Positions 1 to 13,411 of a stretch of DNA of 64,000 nt are shown one piece after another. Under the pieces are notes generated by a model. That model did no database searches, was not told the DNA's origin, and saw nothing but the letters and a program-made list of their open reading frames with translations. This DNA comes from Eledone cirrhosa (Eukaryota), in contig OZ024755.1 of assembly GCA_964016885.1 (NCBI GenBank), positions 558,001 to 622,000 of the forward strand, read 5' to 3'. The stretch's first letter is position 1. Each line of letters begins with the position of its first letter. The position numbers were made by a program, and so were the translations under genes.

Positions 1-90
1 TTCAATCCAGCCACTATGCTGTAAATACATATGTCTAAATTATCTAAACTTTAGTAACTCTCAAAAAGATGAGACAAAAATCATTTTTAC

Positions 91-218
91 CTTCTCTATA
101 CATATGGTAACTCTACATATTCTTCTTAGAAATTCCTTTTTCATTTTGTATTGTTTCCTATTGAAAATTAATTCCAGTATTTTATCCAAGTTATCTACAG
201 TTTTACAGCCAGTTCCTT
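91..218 (-). other. Candidate internal exon (128 nt) of a minus-strand transcript
   Basis: Minus strand reads gtctttgttttAG|aaggaact...gagaag|GTaaaa. One frame is open (GTGCKTVDNLDKILELIFNRKQYKMKKEFLRRICRVTICIEK) but no homology is recognised. Confidence 0.3.
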
Positions 219-679
219 CTAAAACAAAGACACTAAAGACTTTACTTAGATTAATAGCCTTTCAAATATTTTTATCTCTTACTCATAAATTGTTAGCCAA
301 AGGACTACTGGCATCCTTGATGTTTCCTTTCTATTCTTGGATAGATATTACATTTACTTGAAAACATGCATTACTTCAACTACTTTCATCTTAATATATG
401 ACTTGTTACTGATTTGTGGACTTTGAAACAGTCATTTTCTTCAGCTTTCAAGTTGTTTATTCCTGGCATTCTTCTGTAATTCCATTTCGTTCAAATAACT
501 ATATTTAATAAATATGCAGATGAAAATCAATATTTATGTTAATGCTTTTACTTTAGCCAGCTATCTGTATTCATGGATAATCCCCTCGAAACTACTACAA
601 AACTATGGATAAGTGACTCTTTCACATGATTCTCAGAATAAATCACATATATAAAATAGACAAATTATTTCCAGTCCTC

Positions 680-905
680 TTAACCCTTTTAATACAAACA
701 TGCATGAGATGTTTGCACTTATGTGCTCATATTTAAATTACTATCTCATAAAATAAATGATACTGGGAGATTTTAGTTACTCAACATCAATATAATATAT
801 TAACATATAAAGTTTAATATTTGACTAAATTCCTCAATCTTTATATTGAAAGTTAAATGACATAAGTACTATAATCATTAGAAATATAGTCGGAAGAAGG
901 TTGAG
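680..905. mobile_element. Degenerate piggyBac-like MITE
   Basis: Begins TTAACCCTTT and ends gaaatatagtc..aaggttga. Similar to copies at ~10616-10857 and ~24870-25114 that are bounded by TTAA. Confidence 0.45.
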
Positions 906-949
906 AGGTTTACAGAAACCAAAACTCCTTATTAACCCTGTTCTGACTA

Positions 950-1242
950 GATGGTATAGTATTGTAGGGGTATCATTGTGGCATATGCTGTTTCTTGGGC
1001 ATTTTAAGCATGGCGAAGTTCATCTTCTCTCCAGGTCTGAACACAGAAGATTTCTTCCAGAGAAGGATAGAGAGTGAAAGAGATATAGAGGAAGAATCGA
1101 CCCCAGTACTAGATTGGTACTTTTTTTTTTTAATCAACCTCAAAAGGATAAAAGGCAAAGTTGACGATGGTGGGATTTGAACCAAGATCAGAGAGCCAGA
1201 ACAAATAATGCAAAGCATTCTATCCAACTTTGCCTTCTGACA
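950..1242 (-). mobile_element. tRNA-derived SINE, family B (long 3' tail), near full length
   Basis: Minus strand shows a B-box-like GGTTCAAATCCC, the core aactttgccttttatcc..., and the tail ctggaagaaatc..gtgttcagac..ttaaaatgcccaagaa shared with copies at 7048, 12232, 35430, 45455 and 53088. Confidence 0.75.
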
Positions 1243-1311
1243 ATAAACATGTTTCAGTTAATTTTGAAGAGAGAGAGAGAGAGAGAGAGAGAGTGTGTGA
1301 GTGTGAGAGAG

Positions 1312-2200
<889 letters not shown>

Positions 2201-2296
2201 AACATACACACACAGCCACACTCACCACATCAGTAATTATATAAAAACTATGCTTATAAATACAATAGAAAAGGACATGTTAGAAAATGTAATACT

Positions 2297-2646
2297 GAGA
2301 GAGAGAGCGCAAGACAGACACAGTGTATGAGAGAGAGAGAGAGCAAGACAGACAGTGTGTGAGAGAGAGCAAGACAGAGTGTATGAGAGAGAGCAAGACA
2401 GAGACACAGTGTGTGTGTGTGAGAGAGAGCAAGACAGAGACACAGTGTGTGTGTGTGAGAGAGAGCAAGACAGAGACACAGTGTGTATGAGAGAGAGAGA
2501 GAAAGACAGACACAGTGTATGTGTGAGAGAAAGAGAGAGCAAGACAGAGACACAGTGTGTGTGTGAGAGAGAGAGTGAGACAGAGACACAGTGTGTGTGA
2601 GAGAGAGAGAGAGTGAAACAGAGGCACAGTGTGTGTGAGAGAGAGT
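2297..2646. repeat. Compound GA/GT minisatellite (unit like gagagagagcaagacagagacacagtgtgtgtgt)
   Basis: About 10 imperfect tandem units are visible. Confidence 0.9.
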
Positions 2647-2891
2647 CACATTTAGAATGCCTGTGATCATAGATCTGCTAAATCATGGCTGATCAGAGGC
2701 TAAACAACAAAAGAAAGATTAGTATTGAAAAGGTTAAAAGTAGAAATAAATTTTAAAAAAGGATCGGAGTATATTAAGTTGAGGTAGATTATAAGAAAAA
2801 GGGAGAGAGTTGAAGATGATTAAATGAAGATAAGAATGACAGGAGGGAAAATATGTCTAGCTTTCTGACAAAGCTGAAACCAATGTCATAC

Positions 2892-2936
2892 CTTTTATCA
2901 GGAGTTTGTGGTTCTTTATCGTCATCATAAACATCG
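2892..2936 (-). other. Candidate 45-nt frame-preserving exon
   Basis: Long T-rich tract ...tttcttttatttaataacttcAG| and donor aaag|GTATGA. Two frames are open (DVYDDDKEPQTPDK or MFMMTIKNHKLLIK). Confidence 0.45.
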
Positions 2937-3323
2937 CTGAAGTTATTAAATAAAAGAAATAAATAATAAAATGTCCTGCATATTATTTTATCTCTCGGCT
3001 GTTTCCAAACTTTTCCTAACCTTATCAATATCGATATATAAATTAAATGTGTATTTATGTCCATATGTGTGTGAGAGTGTGTGAGTGTGTGTGCGTATGT
3101 GTACATATGTATAAATACACATATAGAATTATGTTTTCTGTTATCTTATGCAGGTAAAATATGCTTCTTTATTTTATTTTATTTCCCTTTCCAGATACAT
3201 GGCGTCTTTAGCACTGACAACGAAATGAGAAAAGATTGCACTGCAAAGTAGGTAGAGTATACGGCAAAAACATAACATAAAAATATATATTACAGTGGCA
3301 AAGAATTTATGCTGCTGTTGTAA

Positions 3324-4335
3324 AGAGGGCCCGCTGTAGTGGTAAAGAGGGCCCGCTGTAGTGGTAAAGAGGGCCACACTGCAGTGGTAAAGGGGGACAC
3401 ACTGCAGTGACAAAGGGGGACACACTGCAGTGACAAAGGGGGACACACTGCAGTGACAAAGGGGGACACACTGCAGTGACAAAGGGGGACACACTGCAGT
3501 GACAAAGGGGGACACACAGCAGTGACAAAGGGGGACACACAGCAGTGACAAAGGGGGACACACAGCAGTGACAAAGGGGGACACACAGCAGTGACAAAGG
3601 GGGACACACAGCAGTGACAAAGGGGGACACACAGCAGTGACAAAGGGGGGGACACAGCAGTGACAAAGGGGGACACACAGCAGTGACAAAGGGGGACACA
3701 CAGCCGTGACAAAGGGGGACACACAGCCGTGACAAAGGGGGACACACAACAGTGACAAAGGGGGACACAGAGCAGTGACAAAGGGGGACACAGCAGTGAC
3801 AAAGGGGGACAGAGCAGTGACAAAGGGGGACAGAGCATTGACAAAGGGGGACAGAGCATTGACAAAGGGGGACACAGAGCAGTGACAAAGGGGGACACAG
3901 AGCAGTGACAAAGGGGGACAGAGCAGTGACAAAGGGGGACAGAGCAGTGACAACGGGGGACAGAGAAGTGACAAAGGGGGACAGAGAAGTGACAAGGGGG
4001 ACACAGAGCAGTGACAAAGGGGGACACACAGCAGTGACAAAGGGGGACACACAGCAGTGACAAAGGGGGACACACAGCAGTGACAAAGGGGGACACACAG
4101 CAGTGACAAAGGGGGACACAGCAGTGACAAAAGGGGACACACAGCAGTGACAAAGGGGGACACAGCAGTGACAAAGGGGGACACACAGCAGTGACAAAGG
4201 GGGACACACAGCAGTGACAAAGGGGGGACACACAGCAGTGACAAGGGGGACACACAGCAGTGACAAAGTGGGACACACAGCAGTGACAAAGTGGGACACA
4301 TAGCAGTGGTAAAGGGGGACACACTGCAGTGGTAA
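3324..4335. repeat. G-rich minisatellite, ~21-23-bp unit (cagtgacaaagggggacacacag)
   Basis: More than 40 tandem units, with diverged gtggtaaag variants at both edges. Confidence 0.95.
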
Positions 4336-4956
4336 ACAGCAAATATTACAACTAAAAAATATACACAGCAACTGCCAACAATGGTCATTCTTTAATTTTA
4401 CCTTCAACGACACTTAGGTATACCCATATACCCTACCTGGTGAACTTGGTTTTAAAGGTAAGTAAATAGGTAAAATAAAACAGGAAACTTTAAGAGGTTA
4501 AATACAAGATTATTACAATAAAACTCAAATGTCTACAATCCAAATTATTAATTGTCTAAACATTACATTAAATAAGTTATTTGCAAACACAGTTAACGTT
4601 AGAAGTGTTACAGAAAAAAGTTCAAGAGAAGATAACTGTTAACTTATTAATTATTCGAATTGGTATGATCTAATCCTTCAGTTTTAACACAAACATCTGG
4701 CCCATTGGTTCCTTTAACTGTCCACTCTGTTGTAATCTTCTGTCCAGTTTGACACCACGACCTGGCCTTTGGATGTCTTTAGTGGGGTCCACTGTTTGAA
4801 ATTCTAGACGATTTTCAAAATTATTTGAAAATCATAAGCATCACGTTTCATTAGAAATATGGTAACAAAAGGATTAAACCATAATATGGTAGTTTAGAAA
4901 AACTTATAATGGTCAAAGAGTTATTTACAAAGGCAATTAGAACACTAAATTGTGTA

Positions 4957-5131
4957 TATAAAGAATGGTATGCTCATGAGCAAAGATGCTATAAAACTGC
5001 TTTTAAAATAGGGTGAAGACTCTTAAAAGACAGAAAAAAGTTGCCATTAGCTGCTATGAGGAAAGAGTCTTCACCCTATTTTTTTAAGCTATTTTATAGC
5101 ATCTTTGTGCATGAGTACATCATTCTGTATA
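4957..5131. mobile_element. Foldback MITE with long inverted arms
   Basis: The arm gctcatg..aagatgctataaaa..aaaatagggtgaagactctt is mirrored by aagagtcttcaccctatt..ttttatagcatcttt..catgag. Homologous to 58438-58659. Confidence 0.8.
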
Positions 5132-5663
5132 TTAACTTTATATTCTCAGCACAAAGTCCGATCAACTATCTTCTTTGTTTACTAAAATGTTTATTTTAAA
5201 CTATTCACATTTACCTAAAAATCTTCCATCATAATCGAATGCAAGAACCTTTACATTATACTTAAACAGCAACTTATTGAGATGGTAACTACTCAACCAA
5301 TTCAGCCATTTCTATTTATTCTAAAACATTAAGACTGCAGAGTAGCATACAAATTTCAAAAGACAAAACATAGAAAATGGTGTGAAATACAGAGTATATA
5401 AGGAAGCAGTCAAAGGTTTTGACATTATAACGTTAACCTGGTATAGTTATTCCATTAATGATCTTGGTGACTCACACAAACAATACTTGCTTGCAGCTTT
5501 TTCATTACTTCAATAATTGGGAGTGAAATATCCTATAAATTAGCAGTAATTTATTACTGAATAATACCTCTAGACAGATTATAAACCAATTTGTTATTCA
5601 GTAGCCTTGGTCAACTTTACATAAACAGATCTATTATAACACTCAAGACAATCAATTGGATAC

Positions 5664-5744
5664 CTCACATCAAATATGTTTGATTCAATTTCATTTAGTT
5701 CCAGATTACATGTAATGTATATTATAGTCTTATTTTTCAAGGGG
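5664..5744 (-). other. Candidate internal exon (81 nt; alternative donor gives an end at 5669)
   Basis: Acceptor ctacttcactttgtttacAG|; donors gag|GTATCC or gat|GTGAGG. One frame reads PLKNKTIIYITCNLELNEIESNIFDV. Confidence 0.35.
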
Positions 5745-7047
5745 CTGTAAACAAAGTGAAGTAGAGTTGAGTACTTTAGCAAGAAATTGACAGAATTGTT
5801 AGAACAGCAGATAATGTTTCATGGTATTTGGTTCCGATTTCTGCACTCTTTGTTCAAATTTGACCAACATCAACTTTACACAACAGACAAGACATCCTTT
5901 TCTCTTGCCAGACTGGCTAAGACAAGATGTGACCGACTAAGACAAGATGTGAGTAAATAAAATGACAGACTCCATTTCTTCATGAATCTTTCATAGATTT
6001 TGATTGTCTTCAGCAGCAAGAGTGTTGGTTGATTATAAACAAATTAATTATTTATAATTGCACTATTTTCTTTAATAAACTTATCAAATAAAAGATTAAG
6101 ATTATTCATATAAAAGAAATATAAAGCTAAAAAATGTTAACATCCTGTACCACATGAGACTGCATTACCAAGACATTCTTGAAAAGTACAAAACAGAACT
6201 ATGAAATATTTATATTCTAATAGTGCAAATGTTCACAATCTGTCCAAGTATGTGAACTAAGTGCGTGTGTGCGTGCGTGCGTGTGTGTGCGTGTGTTATA
6301 TAAATGGAATAAGTTCAGCCTTTGGGCACAAGTCTCTCTCTCTCTCTCTCTCTGTATATATATAGAGAGAGAGATAGATAGATATATACATACACACACA
6401 AATATACACACGCATAAATATACACACTATACATATATATATATATATAAGGTTCGTTTCAGATAGTGGCAGTGTTTAGATACCTCCTTCATTCACTGCT
6501 TCAGCAAGAGTGATTGAATTCAGTTTTATAGACACAGGATACTTTACGAAGGTCATTGTAACCAAGTGAAGACGATGTGAAAGAGAGAGAGAAAAGGAAA
6601 TAAATACTTGTGTAATTTCATCTAAGCCTTATTATGTCAGTCTAAAAGCCACAATTAAAGAAAGACAATACAACACAAGTAAAAGAGGACTACTAGTTAT
6701 TTAGACTAAATATGTCCAGGATATTGCTTGCTCCATCAAACAAAAGACTTAACAAGATGCCAAACTATTGAACAGCTTCTGATATGCCAATACAAACTTG
6801 TCAGATGCCTTAATGCTGCCAGCAATATCTGATTTCATCTTAATCCTCCTCCCCACCCCATCATTATCTAACAAACACCACTATAAGACCAATATATTTT
6901 AGAAATGAAATACTGAAAATAAGGTTCCTTTTGTTTGAGGGACACACGTTCAAAATACAAACAAACTAGTACCCTGTTTTATTGCGAAATCATGTGTAAT
7001 ATATAAATATATATATATATTCATTTACAAATTGTGAATTCTTAATT

Positions 7048-7286
7048 GGTATGGTCCCGTAATTCCTGAGGGAGTCGTAGTGGCACCATATTGACATGCG
7101 GTGTTTCTTAGGATATTTTTTAAAACCTAGTGGAGCTAATCCCCTCTCCACGTTTGAACACAGCAGATTTCTTCCAGAAAATAGGATAGAAAGTGAGAGA
7201 AGTGAGAAAGAGATAAGAATCAACCACAGTATTAGATTGGTATTTTTTTTTATCAACTTTGAATGGATGAAAGGCAAAGTTAACGA
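7048..7286 (-). mobile_element. SINE family B, 5'-truncated
   Basis: Aligns by eye with 950-1242 and 12232-12455. Confidence 0.7.
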
Positions 7287-8564
7287 ATTCTTAACATATG
7301 GTAAAAATTTACTTCCATGAAAATACTCTGTGTTTAATTTTATTATTGTAACTAAATATTCTATTTAATTGTTGAAGAAATGATACAGGCTTGTATTCTA
7401 TAAAAGCTGTCATTAAAAGTCTCAGCGTGGATTGGGTTATTGCCACAGTCGCTTTTAGGCAGTTTTTCATTCAGGAAAAAATCTAAGGTGTTTCTAACAC
7501 TAAAAACACTGAATTGTTAAAAATCTAAGCATTTCATGAATATTTATGAAGCAACGTGAACATTATTGAGATAGAGAAAAGATGAGATAAATGATGGCAG
7601 AAAATATAAAGGTGAGAAGGAAGGCTAGGTTGCAGGGGAGATAATATAAAGATAATAGCTAATGGAGATGTAAAAATAGACTGAGATGAAACATAGCATT
7701 TTTAATTTCTAGAGTAGCTTTATAGGGGTTTTTGTTGGGTTTTTTTTGGTTTTTTTTAAAATTATTTTTCTGTAATCAATGAATTCAGGATTCAAAAAGC
7801 CAATGGGTATTGAATTAAATGGATCAACATTAGAAGTGGATCATTTTCTCAGATAATTAAACAATTTTTAATTTATATTTTTGCTTTCCCCCTATCAAAA
7901 CAGCTTTCTATAAATAGACGAAGCTGTAAAATGCTGCAGTCGACTCAATAAATTTTCTAAAAATATTAAATTCTGCAAGGTTATTTATCATGCATTAGAA
8001 ATATTTATATGATAAAAAGAGATGTATCTAGATAGCAACAGGGTTTAGTTAGTGGAAATTATAACAACACTGGTTGATCTTTATAGCTGTGAAGCCTTTT
8101 CAGTGACTCAAGGATCTAGAGTAGTTGATCTAGCTATCATCATCACCATCATCATTTTTACATGCTCGCATGGGTTCGACAGGTCCTTTTCAGCAGTGTC
8201 TCTCTACTTGTCACCCTGGATTGGATTGGATATGTATGAATGTTTGATTACAGCTACACCCCTGAGATGACCAATACCAAACAGAAAGCTATGAAGGGGT
8301 TCCTCCAACACTAGTGAGAAGGCCCTGGATTGGATTGAATTGGTAGTGTTTAGTTGAGATAGATGTTACCTTTTACTTATATACCATATCTTCTTATTAA
8401 AGCTTGGGTTGACCTGTTATACACTACTGACATGGTAGAAATAAGTTATTGTTAGCAATAGCAACAGTCAGTGAGTTACAACATAATATGGATATATGAA
8501 GCTATACGAGTAAAACCAATTATATATTGTTGAAGATAAAACCTGTGTACTACTGCTACCAAAG

Positions 8565-8861
8565 AGTAGCAGTAGTAGTGATAGTAGCAGTAGTAGTAAC
8601 AGTAGCAGTAGTAGTAACAGTAGCAGTAGTAGTGACAATAGCAGTAGTAGTGACAATAGCAGTAGTAGTGACAATAGCAGTAGTAGTAGTAGTAGTAACA
8701 GTAGCAGTAGTAGTAACAGTAGTAGTAACAGTAGCAGTAGTAGTAACAGTAGCAGTAACAGTAGCAGTAGTAGTGACAGTAGCAGTAGTAGTAACAGTAG
8801 CAGTGACAGTAGCAGTAGTAGTAACAGTAGCAGTAGTAGTGACAGTAGCAGTAGTAGTAAC
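8565..8861. repeat. (GTA/GCA)n compound trinucleotide repeat
   Basis: Directly visible. Confidence 0.95.
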
Positions 8862-9319
8862 ATACAGAAAGGAGGAGCAATAACTGACACAAACTCAAAC
8901 CTTGTGTCAAATTAGTAAATCTTCCTTTGACATGGCTTCACTGCAATAATTCACAATTGGAAAGCTGGAAATATTCATCTCATTATCTTTCCACTCCATA
9001 ACTTATCTTTCTACTTAATATTAGATTTTAAAAGTTACAATAGATAATTAGGAATTTAATGATAAAATGTTCAAGGTTGTGAAACTGTTTTGTTTGTTTT
9101 AATTATTTTTCTTTAAAACAGATCCTATGGGTTTTAATTTGCTAAAGAAATTAGATATTAACAAATTCTTTTTTTACAATATATGATATAATTATCAGAA
9201 TATATATATTTTTTATCTACAAGTTTCAATGCTAATCCTCAGAGGAATGTAACAAGTGGAAGGAAACTGTGTTGAAGAAGACCCATCCAACCCATGCAAG
9301 CAGAATAAAACGGATGTAT

Positions 9320-9600
9320 AATAATAATAATTGTTTCTACTTTAGGCACAAGGTCAGCAATTTCCCAGTGCATTACTGGTACTTTATTTTATCGACCCCG
9401 TAAGGATGAAAGGCAAAGTCAGCCTCGGCGGGATTTGAACTCAGATCGTAAAGGGACGTAACGATGCTGAATAATAATAATAATAATAGTTTCTACTTTA
9501 GGCACAAGGCCAGTAATTACCCAGTGCATTACTGGTACTTTATTTTATCGACCCCATAAGGATGAAAGGCAAAGTCAACCTCGGCGGATAATAATAATAG
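9320..9600 (-). mobile_element. Two tandem 5'-truncated family A SINE copies separated by (TAA)n tails
   Basis: Both carry tttctactttaggcacaagg..cccagtgcattactggtactttattttatcgacccc..aaggatgaaaggcaaagtc. Confidence 0.85.
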
Positions 9601-9751
9601 TAAATAATAATAGTAGTAGTAGTTTCCTAATTTAGGCAGATGGTCAACAATTAAATAGGGGAGGGGCAAGTCAATTATATTGACCCAGTATTTCACTGGT
9701 ACTTATTGACAAATGGAGGATCTCTATAGATCTATACTATTGTTCAACATA

Positions 9752-10115
9752 ATTAGAAATAGCAGCCAAATCTTCATAAAAATATATACTAACATTTTAA
9801 ATAAGGAAAGTATTTGCTAGACAATAGTTCCAAAAAGACTGTGCCTGAAAAAAGATGGGATGGTCACAATTGGAATGCTTCTACTCAACTTGCTGCTTCA
9901 GTTTTACCATGCAATAAAACAGAATAATTTGTTTAACTACAGGTTAATGATCAAAGTCCTTTCAGTCGTGATCATTTCATCATTTTAGAGATATCTAAAT
10001 CTAAGACCACATTATCTAATGTATGTTTTCCTTTAAGATGTTCAGGTGTGATTATACAGAGATTCGGCTGCTATTTAAAGCAGGTTGTAACCACACACAG
10101 TCTCTCTTGTTGACT
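9752..10115. mobile_element. Two oppositely oriented fragments of another interspersed repeat (agaaatagcagccaaat family)
   Basis: The + copy at ~9752-9880 and the - copy at ~9950-10115 (ggctgctattt) resemble 53360-53545. Confidence 0.6.
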
Positions 10116-10615
10116 GGAAAATGAGGACAATTGCAACTACAGGAGACTAATTCTTGTACTTATTGTCCTTGTCAGTTTGGTTAAGTTAAAACCAAAACAT
10201 AATGAATAGTTAAGTCTGGATAAATAAAAGATATCCAGTGGGTTGGTCTAAGTCAACCTTCATTGTTTAACACTCTTTGTATTCATACTGTCTCTAATGT
10301 GAGAATGTTTGTTTTACAATTGTTTTAGCTTTATATTTTTATAACCTTACATCTATTGTGTGACCTGGTTTGGTCATTTCCAGGACAGTCTTTCACCACT
10401 TCTTACATTCCTGCAATGTCATCATTATGAGCTTCAGTCTCTTAGCATCAGTCTTCACCACTTATCTCCATGTCATACTCACTCTTCCTTCTCTGAAACT
10501 TCTGTCCAGTTACATAAATACATCTTTATATAACTGTCATCCTACATCAATGTCAAATACATGTAACAGTACTGTCTCCACTCTTGTCCCAAATAAATTA
10601 AGCCTTTACTCTATA

Positions 10616-10857
10616 ATTAACCTCTTTCCTACCATATTGCTAATGAAAGATACTGTCTAAGATTTCTAAATCATTTTGAAAATAAGTATTTGGAGGGATT
10701 TAGTTAATATAACTTTGTTATTAAGCTGTTTGGAACATAAATATTCTTACATTAAATTATGATGGAAGGTTTTTAGATAAATATAAACACTTGAAAATAA
10801 ACAGCTTTGTATTGTAGAACCCGAGGCAGTCTCGTGGTTTGGCATCAAATAGATTAA
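10616..10857. mobile_element. piggyBac-like MITE
   Basis: Bounded by TTAA (ttaacctcttt ... atagattaa); interior similar to 54180-54460. Confidence 0.55.
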
Positions 10858-11060
10858 GACACAGCATATTAAATATAAACAACCTACCAATAATTTCATG
10901 TCACATTAAATAGCATGATCAATCTTTTACTAAATTTAGATTTAAAAGAATCTTTTGGGGCTCCTAAATATCACAAGGAAATTCAGTTTTGTTTAATAAG
11001 AAATATTTTATTCCAAAGCTACTAAGATAATTTCAACTACAAATGTATCTCAATATAGAC

Positions 11061-11375
11061 TAGCGATTCCCAGCATGGGACTCGCACCTACTGTGAGGTA
11101 ATGTGAATATTTAGGGGGGGGGGGGGACAATTTGAAATTGATGTTAACGAGAACAAACTTCATGCTTTTACACCAAGGCAACATTGGTAAACATTACTGT
11201 TGCAAACTCCTGTCTCACCTCCCCTTTACGTTATTGTGATTCTGGCACCACCAGATATATTTACCAATATATTTACGCTTTGCATTTGATCATCACTGTT
11301 TTCATATCAAAGGGGGGGGGATAACTTTTGAGATGTTGAGGTGGGGCATGGTGCACAAATGTTTGGGAACCACTG
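11061..11375. mobile_element. hAT (Charlie-like) MITE
   Basis: Right end ttgggaaccactg and degenerate left end tagcgattccca. Imperfect 8-bp TSD atatagac (11053-11060) / atataaac (11376-11383). Confidence 0.7.
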
Positions 11376-12231
11376 ATATAAACCATGTTCACATTTCAGA
11401 CAAATCTTTCTCCTACAGAAATGAAATAAACTAGTTATTCTGACACAGGAAATAGACACTATAATCATGCTAATGACAGGGTAGGTATAACGTAGGTATA
11501 CTTAAAAAGATGGTGTGTTCATGGTTAGACTGGTCATCAACTTAGGTTTCCATGACCAGAGGCTAAACAACTAGAAATATCTTTAGAAATTCAGATTAAG
11601 ATATCTTAGGACCTGCCAGGTAAGGTAATTGGTAAAATAAACAAAACATTTTAAATAGTTAAAATCATTTATTTCTGTTATATTGTATTACATTTTAATT
11701 TCTATGTCTGAATTTTGTTTTTCACCAAACCATAATCAATTATAATAATTATTCCAAAAATTATTAAATTCTTAATTTAGCAAAATATATTTTAACACTA
11801 TCAACATTTCATTCATCTATAATTCTATTATTTTTAAAATTCAAACCACGTCGTAAGTAATTCAATTATTGATTAATTCCAATGACTTATAATTCAATTA
11901 AAATAAAATAAAAAAATAATGTTAGGACAAGCTATTAAATATGTCTGAATACAAACATAACATTCACAAATACACACATCCTAAGTGGAAATAGCAACAT
12001 ATAAACTAACAACTTTAAGTTACTAAATATACAAACTGTAAGAATCTGGTTAGAATGAAAGAAACCCATGAAATAATGAAGACAAACTTTAACAAAATTA
12101 ATGTGAAGTTCAGGTAAAGTGTCAGATGACTGGCAGTATCTGCTCCAAACTGGGTGTTCTGTGTTCAAATCCCACCTCTTATTACTGGATAAATGATAAA
12201 GTCAGTCAGGAATCCCAATAATTGGTATGGC

Positions 12232-12455
12232 GTGGTATGTTCCCATAACTCTTGGAGTGTTAGGGGTGCCAAAGTGAGATATAGCATTTTCTTGGGCATT
12301 TTAAACCTGGTAGAGCCCATCTACTCTGAATACAGCAGATTTCTTCCAGAGAAGGACAGAAAGTGAGAAAGAGATACAGAGGAAGAATTGACCCCAGTAC
12401 TAGACTGGTACTTTACATCCATTTGAGGTCAATAAAAAAATACCAAAGTTGACCA
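12232..12455 (-). mobile_element. SINE family B, truncated
   Basis: Shares gcagatttcttccagagaagga and gggcattttaaacctgg with the other copies. Confidence 0.7.
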
Positions 12456-12529
12456 CTTCTTTCTGCTGACATGATAAAACCTTTCCATCTCACACAATCT
12501 AACATTAACTGCCTCAGTTCTTCACCATA

Positions 12530-12662
12530 TAATTCTCTATCTTCTTCAATGACTCTCTATAATGTCTTGAGAGGTCTTCTGCACGTTTTCCATTAGTGGG
12601 CTCCCATAGTAAAAGTTTTGTTGCTTCTCATGACATGACCGGTAAGTTGAAGACACCTGATA
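12530..12662 (-). mobile_element. Decayed RTE-type LINE fragment (C-terminal ORF)
   Basis: Frameshifted translation like RCLQLTGHVMRS..LLLWEPTNGKR..RPLKT resembles the RTE motif 'GH..R...LW.P..G.R..GRP'. Confidence 0.6.
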
Positions 12663-13223
12663 CCGTTCCAACAACCCGTTCCCACCCTAACTAAACAGTA
12701 AAAAAAAAAAGCATTATAAGAAATGGCTTATATTGCTTCTCAATGCAATAAAAGGAAAATTTCTAAGAATTATTCAGGAATTTATAATTCTGGTATATTA
12801 ATGGCCATTCTCTATATACCTATTCATTTTATATAATATCTCTATTTTGAAACTAGAATATGTCACAGAAGTATTGATACATTCTAGTAACTTTATTTCT
12901 AATCACATTTGAACAGACACCAGATTATAGCTATTTCACAGTTTTAGTCTTGTGATAGCCACCATATCTTGGCAAGATCTTTAAATAAATTACCAGCTTT
13001 AAGAAGATATTTATAAAAGTGGATCTAACTGAATTACAGTCTATAAGAGGCTATTTATGAGAATGGATTTAGAACAGTGATTTTCTAGAATTTTATATTT
13101 CACTATTACCACTTCGTTTTATCAATTTGAATAGTTTCTTTTTCTTAACTTCATTTATTAATTTATTACGTCAGCAGGGGGTATCTGATATACTGGAAAT
13201 AACCAATGATATACTATTATATA

Positions 13224-13411
13224 GGGCGGTGGATTGGCAGTTTCGGTAGAGAGTCGGACACCATGCTTTGAAGCATAGAGTTACGTCCCTTTATGATCTG
13301 AGTTCAAATCCCGCCGAGGTTAACTTTGCCTTTCATCCTTACGGGGTCGATGAAATAAAGTACCAGTAATACACTGGGGTAATAGCTGGCCTTGTGCCAA
13401 AAGTAGAAACA
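13224..13411 (+). mobile_element. Young full-length tRNA-derived SINE (family A)
   Basis: A-box-like TGGCAGTTTCGG, B-box GTTCAAATCC and core gcctttcatccttacggggtcga. Flanking direct repeat attatatagggc at 13216-13227 and 13412-13423. Confidence 0.9.

Noticed and set aside
3174-4413. 350-404-aa Cys/Pro-rich ORFs
   Set aside because: All three minus frames are open only because the minisatellite unit lacks stops.
13224-13320. tRNA gene (A and B boxes)
   Set aside because: Head of a SINE: followed by core and tail, flanked by a TSD, and no cloverleaf.
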